Of a DNA stretch of 64,000 nucleotides, positions 38,043-51,500 are shown in pieces. Position numbers and translations under genes: made by a program. Below the pieces are notes generated by a model, which worked only from the letters and a program-made list of their open reading frames with translations, was not told the DNA's origin and searched no databases. This DNA is from Botryllus schlosseri (taxonomy: Eukaryota), in contig CM119371.1 in assembly GCA_051294905.1 (NCBI GenBank), forward strand, positions 2,108,001 to 2,172,000, in the 5' to 3' direction. The number at the start of each line of letters is the position of its first letter. The stretch's first letter is position 1.

Positions 38043-41000
38043 CCTTTCAGTCATCGACTTGAAAATTGAACACCAAATGGGTCACAAGACCAATGTTCCC
38101 CCTAATTTTGGACGAGTCTGCGCACACTCAACCCCTCCCTGCGCGGTCCCTTGAACAACAATGCGTAACGACTGGAAAAAAGGTCATCATATCGGATATT
38201 TCGAGCGCAGATTAGATTTTCTGTGCGCAGAGACCGTTTCAGCACTGCCCAATTGCGCACATGCGCAGCGTAGAGGGAGCATTTCCTTAGACCAATGTTT
38301 GAAGTGGGGACGAATTGCTGTTTTGGTCCCGATTCTACCTACAACCGACGGCAATATGGTGTACAAGCGGGTTGCTGTAGCCCCAGGGCCAAATGTTGAG
38401 TAAAGAATTGGGAAATAACGATTGGCGCCCGTTTCAATAGCTACATTAAAATAAGATAAAGTGAACATAAAATTCTGGCTTCCACTTGATAGAGATACTC
38501 AAAACCGCTGTTACGAGAAATGGCAAAGAACTGTTTGGTTATGATTAGGGTTGGATTTAAAACAAAAATCAATTTAAAACAAACATGTTTAAAACAAGGC
38601 CCCTGGTCGAAGAATGTTTTTTTTTCAAACCATGACGTCACGACAACTCAACTGTCACGTCATAGTGAATAGACATTGACAATTGAAAATATACGGTAAC
38701 TCTAACTCCATTGACGAAATATATGTACTATTGCTGTTGAATCGACTATTTTGAGGGTTCCGACCATCCCCTATCGATAAACGTCGGCTATATCCCGTGG
38801 TAATTGTCCGTAGGCTCATACAACATGTTTTTGGAAAGTATTTACACAACTATGTCATAACTTTACATTTTTTTAATGGCATACTTTCAGTATTCGTGAG
38901 AATTGAACCTTCATTCAGATTCGGGCACATAAATCATTGCGCTCTGCCCCATAACCACGCCTCGACTGTCAAACTGTAGCAGCTATATTCAATTGCAAAA
39001 TATTCTCCAGTATACGTGCATTTGGCTTATTCACTATACCTGCGAGGCCAATTACTACTGTCGACAAGAACACATTTGTAAAGCCACCGAAGGCTTATAG
39101 CCGTTGCGCCATATCTAAGGTCATTTTTTTTTCTTGTTCTGACAGGGATAATTGTATACAGAGGCTGCTGTGATTTCGATTGAAGCTGTTCTGCTTCCAG
39201 TTATCCTCCTTGCTACGTGACTAAAATATACCGTGTCAAACTGCAAACTATGTTTATTGATTATTGATGCTGATGTAGACAGAAGGCAGTGTAGGTATGC
39301 AAGGCAATTAAACTAGGGATAGACCGTAATCACGTGATTGCAAAGTTAGTGCGGAGCTCGTGTTCCTTCCTATCTGTTATGGAACAATACTACATCACGT
39401 GACTTATCGCATAGTTATAACACAGTGCATATCAAAGATTGACTTTAGAGCATTGGTTCCCAACCTTTTTGTCCTCATTCCCCACTTCAGATTTATTCCG
39501 AGCCTCAATTCCCCACCAGGACCGTAAACGCGTGAAGCGCGAAAAATTTATATAATTCATGTTTGAATCGGTCAATATGATCGGGAACTGCATATATTTT
39601 GCTATCAATTTTTTATCCCCTCTCTGCTCACGTAATCAGATTTACCGGTAGAGCTGAGCGATATCTGTTGGAAAAGGTAGGACCCCTAAATATGAATTGA
39701 ACATCTTCGGGCAGACGCGTTGATATATTGACTTCGTTACACGATGCTATTTCGTGACCTCAAATATCTGCTATGTGAAAAGATATGGAAATCGCAAAAA
39801 TTAAAAGGCACACACGATTTCAAATTGGTATTGCTTTACTGGCAAATCATTTGTCCCTGCGGGATTGCATTTGTTCTGTGGGGTTCTGGTCGCCAGGCCG
39901 GGACCATTCGGCGCCAGCCATTTAGTCGCCTATGGATAATTAAACATATATGTATAAGTATAAGTATATTGTATATATAGCGAAGTTTGCGGTCACCACA
40001 AGGGCATTCCTTCTCGGCCAAGGTCTTCTCGCTGCTGATCGTTCTTGCACACTTCTCGGAGTCCCATGTTACATGGCCTATAACTTCATATGTCTTGGTC
40101 CGTCGTGGCGCAGTAACGGCCAACGCCAAAATCTCCATTTCTATAAATTCTACGTAATTTCATGGGGGAAGGGTACCCAATAATCAAAATATTAGGCAAT
40201 ATTAAATCGCTCGCCCAGCGCAAACAAAAAATTTGTATAAGTTACATAAATTTCCAAAAAATACTCAATAATTTATGTTAATTCACGAAATCATTTTGGG
40301 CCCCTTTCAGGTCGCCCCCCAATTTTGGGGTTAGGGGTGCGGCAGTTACGGCTCTGCTCCCCACAACCTAACACTTTTGTCATCACAGAGCAGCTATTTG
40401 CTGTTTTGACTACACAAGGCATACAACCACACCAGTACGCAAGACAATCGCCTATAACTGCAACATAAACGTATTGTGAACCGATACCAGTAACGCTTAA
40501 AATTTCGCGAAAGCGTTATTTCACGTCAAACTAGTCGTGTTGGATGCGTTTGCGACGCCATGATTGGCCATCCAGAGTTAAAAATGAGGTTTTATGAACA
40601 CCGTGCAATATAATTTTCGATACATACATTCCAGAGCAGTTAACTGGTAGCGGCAATTGCGCATCTGTCTCCGTGAATACGAAGACTGTCCTGTAAATAA
40701 TTCTGAGCAAATGCGTCTATTCCCCACCAGAAACCATTGAATTCCCCACCAGTGAGGAATTCCCCACAGTTTGGGAACCACTGCTTTAGAGAGACTCATG
40801 TACGGTAACTTACTGCTTATACCCGAATTGCTATAACCATCCGTACAATATATCTGGAAAAGCCAATTGTTGTCGTCTATTGAACTACCAGTCAAGAATT
40901 ACACGGGACGTTCGTGTCAGCTACTGCCAGTTAATTATATACTGTAAGCTGCCATCCGTAGGCCACGGACTTGCCGTATACTATCGCAGACTAACGAATA

Positions 41001-41280
41001 GCTCACCATCCCGCATCAGATAAGCAGCCAGATGTGGCTAGCAATATATGGTAGCTTCGTAAATGGATATGGCAGGGTTGAAATAACTCGACTCGAGATG
41101 TTATAGTGACTAGACTTGACTCCAGTCATTCTATAATATGGAAAATGACTCGACTTGTACCCGAGTCACTGCGCATGACTCGATCAAGTCATGAAACTCA
41201 AGACTCGGACATAGTAATCTAGCACATAATTTTCAGGATCGAAGTCATTGACTGGCGTAAAGTCGAGTCGCCTTGAAATC

Positions 41281-42180
41281 ACGACTCATGTCGGACTGGA
41301 GTCATTGCAACGCTGCCGATTTTTTGACTTATATATCGTCCAACGGTGCAGCCATTGCACAATGCACATGTCTCAGTAGATTCTTGTACATAGCGTCGGT
41401 ATAAAAGAGCAGAGCATGTTTGGAAACGAGATCGTCAAACATTCGCTTTTCTTTGATATTTTGTGCCTCTACCCTGAAACCTGTATTTCCTTGCCTCTCT
41501 TTTGCTCTCGATGCTTCCGTATGACTTTCCGCTTCTCGGACTGTTTTTTGAGTTTCCTTTGCAGGCCACTCTGCTGCTCAATCTGGACCCGGTCTCTCGA
41601 ATGGATGATTGGGTGACGGCAGTTTATTACGGCAGGCTGTCCTACAGTCACTACCTTCATACGGAACTCTAGTTGGATTTGAGGAACACTCATGACGAGT
41701 CGTTTTCGTGTTCTGCATTCCATAGCTGTGTAGTGTTTTCAGTTATTTCTCGTGAGCGACAGAATCTTCCAATGACTTTCTCTTGAAACGTTATCTGTTT
41801 TGAATCGATTTAGGATCGCATTATTCGACCAACTGATCTCTTTTTTAGCTCCTGCTTTGGGAGAAATTCGGCTTCACGCTGTTCGTTTATTTCGAACGCT
41901 TCCCTAGAATGTAGGAATCGGTTGATTTGACCGAAAAAAATGTAATTGTATCACGGTAACTTGATATATTAACAAGTAATAGTAGGCTACTTATTAGTAG
42001 GGTATGGCACAATGATTGGAGTGCTAGAATCTGAATCGAGAATTAATTTCAATGTTTCGAATCAAGAAGTGAGAAATGATTTTTACGGACACTGAAATGA
42101 TAAGCACATTGTCACAAATAGTTAATGTATTAATAACAATTGTGGTGTCGATACCATTTTCCATTGTGGAAGGCTGTATA
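41281..42180. repeat. About 0.9-kb dispersed duplicate, copy 1 (copy 2 at about 57988-58965)
   Basis: Colinear, visibly diverged homology that includes the 3' end of a GACTCGAGTC MITE and a decayed minus-strand ORF. Confidence 0.85.
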
Positions 42181-42484
42181 CATCGATCAATTGTGTCTCA
42201 GCAAACAAAACGTGAGACACAATGCTAAGAATGTTACTGAAAATGACTTCAATAAATAGGCTAGTCTAAAATCAAGAGGTAGTCAGTAACGAAGTAGTTC
42301 TACTTGTCTGACTAATTTGAGTAGATTTTTCCTACTTACACTAATTACCCGAGTGGTTATGATTTTAGGCTACTTCCACTTCTACTTGACAGTTTTCAGT
42401 TTGTTAGGCAGAGCTGGGCCTAGAACACCTACTCTTTCACCTACTTGTAACTCGCAATTTCTACCGTACTTCTATATGAGTACA

Positions 42485-44623
42485 AGTTCTGGCGGTTTTT
42501 CTAGATATAAGACGGGCATATGATATGGTGTGGCGGAATGGATTGATTGTAAAACTACAAAGTATGGGAATATCCGGGAAATTGTTGACGTGGATCAAGA
42601 ATTTTTTGCGTATTTGGACATTTCAAGTGCGTATTGGGTGTGCATTATCAGATTTGTGCCATCTGGAAAACGGCATTCCTCAAAGGAGCGTATTATCACC
42701 TATACTGTTTACAATCATGATAAATGACCTTCCATCAAACATAGGATCAAAAGTGGGTCTTTATGCTGACGATTGTGCAATTTGGGAATCTGGTTTAGAT
42801 ATTAATGAACTCGCTGCTGATATCCAGTCTAGCTTGGATGCGTTCGTCCGATGGTGTTCGAAATGGGGATTTGTGGCTTCGAGAGAAAAGAGTGTCGCCA
42901 TGTTAATCACAAGAAAGCGCAATTTTGATGCACCAATACTTCGGTTAGGTGAAGATGATCTAACATATGTAGACAATTTTAAGTATCTTGGAGTATACTT
43001 TGATAAGAGGTTGAACTACAAAATTCATATTGATTACGTTATAAAGAAGTGTGCCAAACGCATAAACTTGCTAAAAATGCTATCGGGCACCACCTGGGGC
43101 GGGTCTAAAGATGTATTGTTGATGTTGTATAAATCATTAATTCGCTCGGTGATCGATTATGGAATGGAGGCCTACTTTTTTGCCCCTAAAACACACCTAA
43201 AGAAAATTGAAGTGATTAGGAACCAAGCCCTGAGAATATGCTGTGGTGCCATGTGTAGTACGCCGATCTGTGTACTTGAAGTTGAAAGCAATGAAATGCC
43301 TCTTCACATGAGGCACTGGTACGCATGTTCCAAATATCGATATCAATTGACCACCCAGACGAACAACCCTACTTATTCGGTGTTGCATGAGTCGTGGGAG
43401 GATATGTATGCTTCTATTAATGAGCGATTCTCAACCTTTCGTACCTTTACTCATGTCAATGCCTTGTCTTGTGAGAATATTGCAGGAAACGTGATACTAT
43501 CGACACCACCATGGGCAACGTCACTTCCCGATGTAGATTCCTCACTATCACTCTCAATTAGTAAAGAAACATCTCAAGAAACTGTCATAGTACTCTTCAA
43601 GGATCACATATCTGCCAACTATGAAGAACGCACAGAGATCTATACAGACGGGTCTAAAACAGAAACGGGATGCGGATATTCGGTTTACGTTCCTGCACAT
43701 AATATAAATATTGCGTGCCCGCTTCCAAGAATTCTCTAGATCTTTTCAGTGGAACTCATTGCGATCAAACATGCCCTACTATGGGTACGGCAAAGTCAAG
43801 TTACTACGAAAGTTGCAATATTCAGCGATTCCTTGAGTGCATTGGACGCGATCAAACATTCGGGACTATATCACATGGCACTGGTGAATGAAATTATTGA
43901 GCTGAACCATGAGTTGCGAACAGCAGAAATCACCATATCGTTTGTATGGGTGCCTGGACACTCCGGAATACGCGGTAATGAATCTGCAGATCAATTAGCA
44001 AGGACGGGAGCTGCTAATACACACATGCGTCGGAATCATGCTATCCCACTCGCTGACGTACGGTCGTACTTGCTAAAGCGCTGCAAAGATGAGTGGGACC
44101 GCATTTATCAATCCACAGATACTGGGAGAGCGTACAAAGATCTGCGACCCTCGGTACATGACAGACTATCTGAAGTGGATACAAGGTTGGGAAACTCGAT
44201 TATGCTGCGGTTAAGAACGATGCATTGCAGACTAAACCACCATCTCAACAAGATTGGATGCATCGACTCGCAACTTTGCGAAGCATGTGGTATTGAGGAA
44301 ACCGTAGAGCATTATCTCATTAATTGTAGAAAATACCGCTATCAAAGAGAATGCTTACGACGCCATGCAGAGTCGAAGAATTTAAATTTCGACATGCCAA
44401 CCCTACTGACTGATCCACAAGTGCTGTGATATGTTGTTGAATATGTTAGATCGACTCGAGGAATATCGTAAAACCTTTTTATGTGCACATGTGTACCTAG
44501 CTTAGTTATATAATATGAACTTTCTGTAGCGTTTAACTTGTTTCTGTCCGTGGCGCAAAAAGCCTTCAGTTGTGATAAGCGCCACTCATGCCAATGTTTT
44601 TACCTATAATAATAATAATAATA
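42485..44623 (+). mobile_element. 5'-truncated non-LTR retrotransposon, I-group (RT + RNase H + CCHC), with (TAA)n tail
   Basis: RT motifs FLDIRRAYDMVW, PQRSVLSP and YADD. RNase H motifs YTDGSK, ELIAI, FSDSLS and WVPGHSGIRGNESAD. CX2CX7HX4C finger. One reading frame with nonsense codons at 43737 and 44427. TSD ATATGAGTACA at 42474-42484 and 44624-44634. Confidence 0.95.
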
Positions 44624-45052
44624 ATATGAGTACAGACAGTGACTTGTTTGACCTGTGTCTGGAACACTTTTTCACGGACAAATATATCTTCTACGCGATA
44701 TACTGATGTTTCGCACCGACTGTTATAAAAACTGCCAGATTTCAACTATTTCGCTGTAAAAACAGCGAAATGACATACTCTATACTTAGCTGTAGCCGTG
44801 ACGATTAGATTTATTAACATTAGATCTTAAAGCTGTCTCTCATGCAACATAATTTCTAGTAAGAAAAGTTTGAATGGCTTGAACAATGCCTCAAAAAAGT
44901 GAAGACTACTTCTCATGAATAGGGCAATTATCAGAGTACTTGAATCGAGTATTAATTCGAATGAAAGTCGAGCAGTGAATTTATGTGACGTTTGCCAATA
45001 GGGCTGTACAAAATCAAGTATCTGAGTGATTTGACCCAGAATCACGTATTAG

Positions 45053-45627
45053 CAGGGTTGTAATGACTCGAGTCAGACTCGAGTCAGATTCGAGTCACGA
45101 TTTTCTGATGACTCGACTTGACTCGAGTCAATTTCTCAAAATACGGAAATGAATCGACTCGAGTCAATGAGTGTGTATTGACTCGACTTGGACTCGAGTC
45201 ATTGCGAATGACTCGAAGCAAGTCATATGACTCGAAACACAGACGGCCAAGACCGATATTTTATTGAAATTTCGAAGAATAGTGAAGTAACCACCAAATT
45301 GGGATTTCGTCTATTGGTACTGGTACTTGAAAATGCGATCAGAAACTGCTAAAAGTGATAAAAATTAGTATATTATAAATGCAAACTATTCAATATCACA
45401 AAACAGAGTTATAAAAATTGAGTTTAGCAAGATTTTAGCTAGAAACTGAGTACATTGACTTGGACTCGAGTCATATTACTATGACTCGGACTCGAGCCTC
45501 TGATCGATGACTTGGACTCGGACTTGACTCGGTAGTGAGTTTAAAATGACTCGACTTGACTCGAGTCAAAACTATAAAAGCGAAATTGACTTGTGACTTG
45601 GAGTCTTGTGGCTTGGTTACAACCCTG
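45053..45627. mobile_element. hAT MITE, GACTCGAGTC family
   Basis: Same TIRs as 46508-48550, perfect TSD CGTATTAG. Confidence 0.93.
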
Positions 45628-45729
45628 CGTATTAGTCGAGCCGAGTTTCCGAGCATCGTTCATTACGACGAAATAATGGTAAGTAATATGTCAAAGTTCA
45701 TATTAATAGCTTTTATGCAACTGCGAAGA

Positions 45730-46240
45730 ATATAGTGCCTGGGCTTTTGTATTTTTCCGACCATACTGATTTCAATGCACTTTGTGAAAATGCTGTGAGT
45801 GATCATCACTTCGAGAATATGTTAATCCCGATTAAATTTGTAGCTTTGTACTACACGTTTTGTATGTCACGACACAACCAATTCAGGTTGTTTCAATGCT
45901 TCCAAATACTGCCGTAACTATATTTCTCGTTACTAATTTAATTTCCATTGATAAGGAGCTTATAATGTCAGTATTCCATAAATTGCTGAAGTTGACTCGA
46001 ATCATTAGATTCAATAATCGAAGTAATTTTGAGCACTCGAATCATTGCATCTATCCCTACTCACCAATAAGTGTTAATTGTGAACCGAAATGGTAGTAAC
46101 GATCGTATTGTTCATTGTGGTATCTTTGGAACTCTATTGGTCATATAACAGCTTACGAAAGCTGTTGTACAAAACTATCTTAGCGTAAATAACATATCCG
46201 TAAAGTCGTGATCAACCCACAGATTGTGCAGTAGGCATGG
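45730..46240. repeat. Three-copy dispersed repeat (others at about 60185-60570 and 62640-62900)
   Basis: Shared CCGACCATAC(T/C)GATTTCA...TTTGTACT...GGTCATATAACAGCTTACGAAAGCTG blocks. Confidence 0.75.
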
Positions 46241-46507
46241 TCAACAAAATACAATATTATATTTAATTTGACGTAGACGGCCAATATATTCTTTTGGTTG
46301 CATTGAATGTACATATTTGCACTTATCCAATTTTTTCATACTGTTTTTATCGACACTAGACAGAGCATGTAATATGCAATGTAGTTGGTTAGTTGTAAAT
46401 CTTTCATGGCTGTAGTTCTATTTCTAGTTACGCATCTCGGAAGCCCAGCCGTTTGTACAAGTCCGTCGGTTATATGCATTATTTTTGGAAGTGGGTGGAG
46501 TTTTATG

Positions 46508-48550
46508 CAGGGTTGTAATGACTCGAGTCAGACTCGAGTCACGATTTTTTTGTGACTCGACTTGACTCGAGTCATTTTCTTGAAATGGGAAAATGACTCG
46601 ACTCGACTCGAGTCAATGTTTGGATTGACTCGACTTGTACTCGAGTCATTACGTATGACTCGACTCAAGTCATTGACTCGGCTTATTTTATATGACTTGA
46701 AGGTGAAGAAATTTGCGAATTACAATGGCTAGATAACGCATGTGACTAATTCTGTCGACATCGCTATTTGTCACCACTGCTTTCGTTGCACTCGTCTGAT
46801 ATCAGATATGCCGCCGTAAAAACAAAAGACAATGGTACATAGTAGCAAAGAGCAATGCATTGTACAAAATAATCCCGTGGTGAAGAGGTAATAGTACTCA
46901 AGACTTTTCAATTATACAAGCAAACAATCGAAGCAAAGTCCAATTAGAGCCAATGAAATGACTCAGATGGTCAAGTAGCCTACTTGGAAGAGACTGATAA
47001 GCTCATGTGTAGATTTGAAGGCGATGATTCTTTGTATTTTTGGGCGACTAGAATGCTGGATGAGTATCTAATGCTCTTCGGTGTGGTTCAAAATTGCTTT
47101 TCAATTCCTGCATCTAATGCACCAGTGGAACGTGTATCCAGTGGATGTGGATTATTCTAAGGCCATGCCGCCTCAACATATATGAGAATCTCCTTTCCAC
47201 TTTAGTATTTTTCAAGAATAACTCATTGATTTGATCTGCTGTCTGTGAAAACACACAATACCCTCCGTCCATTTGACGTTTTGTTAGATATGTGCATTGT
47301 GCACGTGAGTAATAATGAATGGCTGATGTTGTGTGATGTTTGTACAATAGGGCCGATCAAAAATAACTTCTTTTTTATTCTACATGGTGGCTACTTGATA
47401 AAATTGTTACGTTGCATAAAAAGAACACTGAATCTGGCTTAATTTTAAATAGTGGAATCAATGATATGAGAGGAGAAAATATTGGATTTGAAAATACATG
47501 GAATATTTTTAGTGAGAAATGATTTCATATAATATAATTACATACTAGTAGTAAGTCGACTATTTTTTCATATTCAAAATATTCCACTCTAATAATGTCG
47601 CTTGTTCTAGTTGGAATTGAGCCAAAATCATACTTTTACACAATCTAACAATATCATGAGGTAGCCGGTAAAATTCGAAAGTCTCTTTGTAATTAATTCA
47701 AAATATTTTCTATTAGCATTGTTTTCTACTGGTTGGAATTGAGCCAAATTTAAGTTCTTTCAGATAATCTAACAATTTTAAGAAGTAGCCTCCTTTTTAA
47801 GATTCTGCCCTCATTTTTGAGAATTTTTGGTAAATGTAGGGAAAATTCGACTAAGATAACAGTAAATCAGCACTAAAGTAACGCTCCGGCGACTACTTCG
47901 GGAGCTGAGCAGGAAAGTTGACATTTTTCTGGTCAACCAACTGATTTAATGTGAAAGCAAAACCGTACCTCTACATAAACGTTTATTTGTTGATTCGCTA
48001 TCAGCTTGTATCTAGACGTGAATTCGTAGGTTCTCTATCAGTTAGTATGTAGACGTGAATTCGTTAATTCTCTATAACTTATTTGTGAGCGGTCGTCGAT
48101 GTGCTAGTAGTAAAAACTGAGTGCTTGCATTTGTGATATATCAGACTTACAGATATTTGATTTAAAGTTCTAAGATTAGTAAAGTTATCGTATTGGCGGC
48201 CTGTCTCCACTATCTGTAGCATCGGTAAATGAGGCCAGGAACTGTCCTTTATCTGCCTAAATAAACATGTGCCAAGACTATGATAGGGACAAAATAAGCA
48301 TGTTTGGCAAGCAAGGAATTCGATATCACCCAAGCAGGATTGAAAACATAAGTTGAACATGACTTCAATACTGTGACTTGGACTCGACTCGAGTCATAAC
48401 ACTATGACTCGGACTTGACCCTTCAAACGGTGACTTGGACTCGGACTCGAGTCGGTGATGAATTGAAAATGACTCGACTCGACTCGAGTCAAAATCACAA
48501 AAATCAGATTGACTCGTGACTCGGAACCATGTGACTTGGTTACAACCCTG
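46508..48550 (+). mobile_element. Internally deleted hAT DNA transposon with transposase dimerisation-domain remnant
   Basis: TIRs CAGGGTTGTAA/TTACAACCCTG, perfect 8-bp TSD GTTTTATG and GACTCGAGTC-rich subterminal arms. About 46950-47225 reads DSLYFW...FSIPASNAPVERV...(frameshift)ILRPCRL...LVFFKNN. Confidence 0.92.
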
Positions 48551-51500
48551 GTTTTATGCACATTGGACGAATGACGATGGTTATGTATTCTGGTTGGATG
48601 AAAATAAAGACTCTCTCCCTACTGATTACAACACATTATTTTACACTTTTGTTTTGTGACTCAATGAAAATTAGGAGTTCACCGAAGGCTTATAGATTAG
48701 CGTAGGGCAGACCTGGGCATTTTACGACCCGCGGGCAAAATACGGACTATACGCGGGAATTACAGATACAATTTCGAAGGGAAATAAAATCTGTCCCAAT
48801 AGACCAGGGCCGGCCAACCGAGAAGTAATTTCCGAAATTTCTAATATTATCAAAATGGATTGCACACATTGTGAACTTGCAAGGCCAACCAAATATCTGC
48901 TTATTCTGGCCGCAACACTTGAGATGTGATGACTAAAATATCAGTTCCAACGCATTCGCAGATCATGAGCATGTCACATATTGGTGGATCTTCGTACACT
49001 ACAATAAAGCAGAATAATTTGCGATAGATTTATCAAAAGTAAAAATTTCCTACATGCTTCGGTTACATGTTGTCACTCGATTTCTTGCTTTCAATATTGT
49101 TGCCCCTTTGTGAAAATGAAAGAACGCCTAATATATCAGACTGAGTCCAACTATATTCCCGATTATGAGACAAAGTGTAGTTCAACATATGCGACCTTGC
49201 GTTTGCGCTCGCAGAAAGACCGTCGACTATGAAACTTGATAGGCACAAAATGCTTGACGCATGTTAGTCGTAGCTTTCGATATCGATATGAGAAGGCGCC
49301 GAATAGCCCAGTCCTCGCAAACTTATCCCAGCGATATACAGCAGGCCCGCAGTATAGTCAAGTAACAATATTATTGGCTTATGAACTTCAAAAATTTTCG
49401 CGCTTCCTGCGGCTAGTTGCTCGCACAATAGTTTGTCAATCGGATGTGGTTGTGGCCCTGTGGCTTAAATTGGATTTGTTTGTGCAATAATCTGTTAGTA
49501 TGGAGTCTTTTCGCAACCGATGACTCCCGTAACATTACTTTACGCGTGCGACAAATTTGCATTTCAGCAGCAGAGACCAATAAGTTAATTTCATAAATTA
49601 ACTTCATCACTCAGCTAATTCTGAAGAGCTTCTTGGAAGTGGAACTTCAATATACAATTGAATAGTATATTCATATTGGAATGAGCCCGAATATTTTCGG
49701 CTGACACTCGTCAGGGGTAATCGTCAGCAACTAGTAGAGAATTGGAAAGAACATTGTATATCAAGAATCGTATCACAAAATATGACGTCATCAGCATGAA
49801 TGAGAGAGCGTTCAATGTACTATTTTTAGGTAGTACACAAACTCCTTTTGTTGACAGAGTTGTGGTTGCTGTATTTAAATATTCGGGTTCATTTCAATAT
49901 GAATATACTATTCAATTGTAAGCTAATTCTGTGTGCCAATAATTTTATACCCAGATTTCATGGAGAAAAATCTTCTACTGCTAGCCTACAAATCATCATC
50001 AATGATACAATGTTAATCTTATCGATACAACTAATCACTAGGGCAAGTTTTTGTTGTAGTCAAATCCGTAGAACGTTGCATTTATTTTTCGCAATAGTTA
50101 CAGTAAAAACTCGCATTTATTTTTCACAAAAATTGCATTACAATTTGCATTTATGGAAAAGTTCGTTGAAATTATTAGGGTATGAAATACTCAGTTCAAT
50201 CCGGATCCAAGGCACTGCAGCAAAACTCAGTGTTGGCGACTTCAACATAATCGATAGACTGTAAAGAGGACAAAATCTAAAAAAAATATGACAACGAGCG
50301 CTTTCCTAGAAGATAACGAATTGGTTGATTTGATCACGAAAAAATAGCCGCCTTTTAACAGAAAATTGATATGCTTTCAAAATCCTGAATCAAGTATGAA
50401 TTCAACTGATTCGAGTCGAGTAATTAGATATGACTTTTTTGAGCACTGATATCAAAAGCTTGCTGCTACTATAGAATTGATTAACCAATTGGCACTGGCA
50501 AGGCTTTCCGAAAACTTTTACTTCACTTTTCAAAACTGAAAAACACGAACTCAATGGGATACATCGTTGGACTCATTATGTTAACACCTAATCAACTATG
50601 CCAAGAAGCGAGAGGAGATCAGTTCAACCGCGTGTGTATATAATCGAAAAGACAAGAAAACCTAGTTGTGAAAATGTACACGTTTCGGTTACTTACTTAT
50701 AGAGTCCACTACGTATACGCGGTGCTAAAAGGTACATGTTGTTCGAACAAGACACGAGTGACTGCCTTCGCTCAACTTATGCAATCGATACTATCAAAAC
50801 ACTGCAGAGCGCTTGACCGTAATCATCAGTCTGACTGATGCGTCAGCCGGCTATTCAATATGATGTAGAACCGGCATCATATTGTTTCTGGTCGCATGGA
50901 ATGCACATATTAGCACTTCCCACATTTTCCAAACTGTTGTGATAGCCCTACTCATGAATACTACAAGGGGATTGTCAGTGGTTACCAACTCTCACAAAGC
51001 ACCATGTTTCTGGGATTCCCACAAGAATTGAACTTCAACATTTTAACACATGGTATAAGAGACCTTGACAGACGTATTGGTGAAGAAATTGTTTGGTAAC
51101 AATATAGTTCACAGATTTGTGATATATTCCATAAAATGCCCTTACTAATTCTAATGTCTTGATATAATAAAAGGGTGTGTCGATTTAAAAGAGTTTAAAA
51201 GGCATTATGTTTACTATTGTTTCGAATAACGGCGATGAATAAATATTCCTTTGTAAATTAACCGTTACTTTCTCCTTGTGTATCCTCAATATATCCACTG
51301 AGAAACATGTATTAACACTGTGATTTATTACTTTCAACATAGAGTATAAGTTGCGACAGCTTTTGTACATCGACTTGTCGCAGCTTCAAAAACATTATAT
51401 TACGGCACATTATGCCAATAATATCGGGCACATATATAGGCCTATCTCACCTCAAAACTAACGCATCAGAAATTCGAATTTCATATAAACGGAATATATG

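Noticed and set aside
39836-40138. 100-aa ORF and a GDFGVGR kinase-like word in another frame
   Set aside because: No other kinase subdomains, and it lies among MITE fragments. Unsupported.
45060-45240. CRISPR-like array of GACTCGAGTC palindromes
   Set aside because: Irregular short subterminal repeats between TIRs with an 8-bp TSD, no spacers and no cas genes, in a eukaryotic context.
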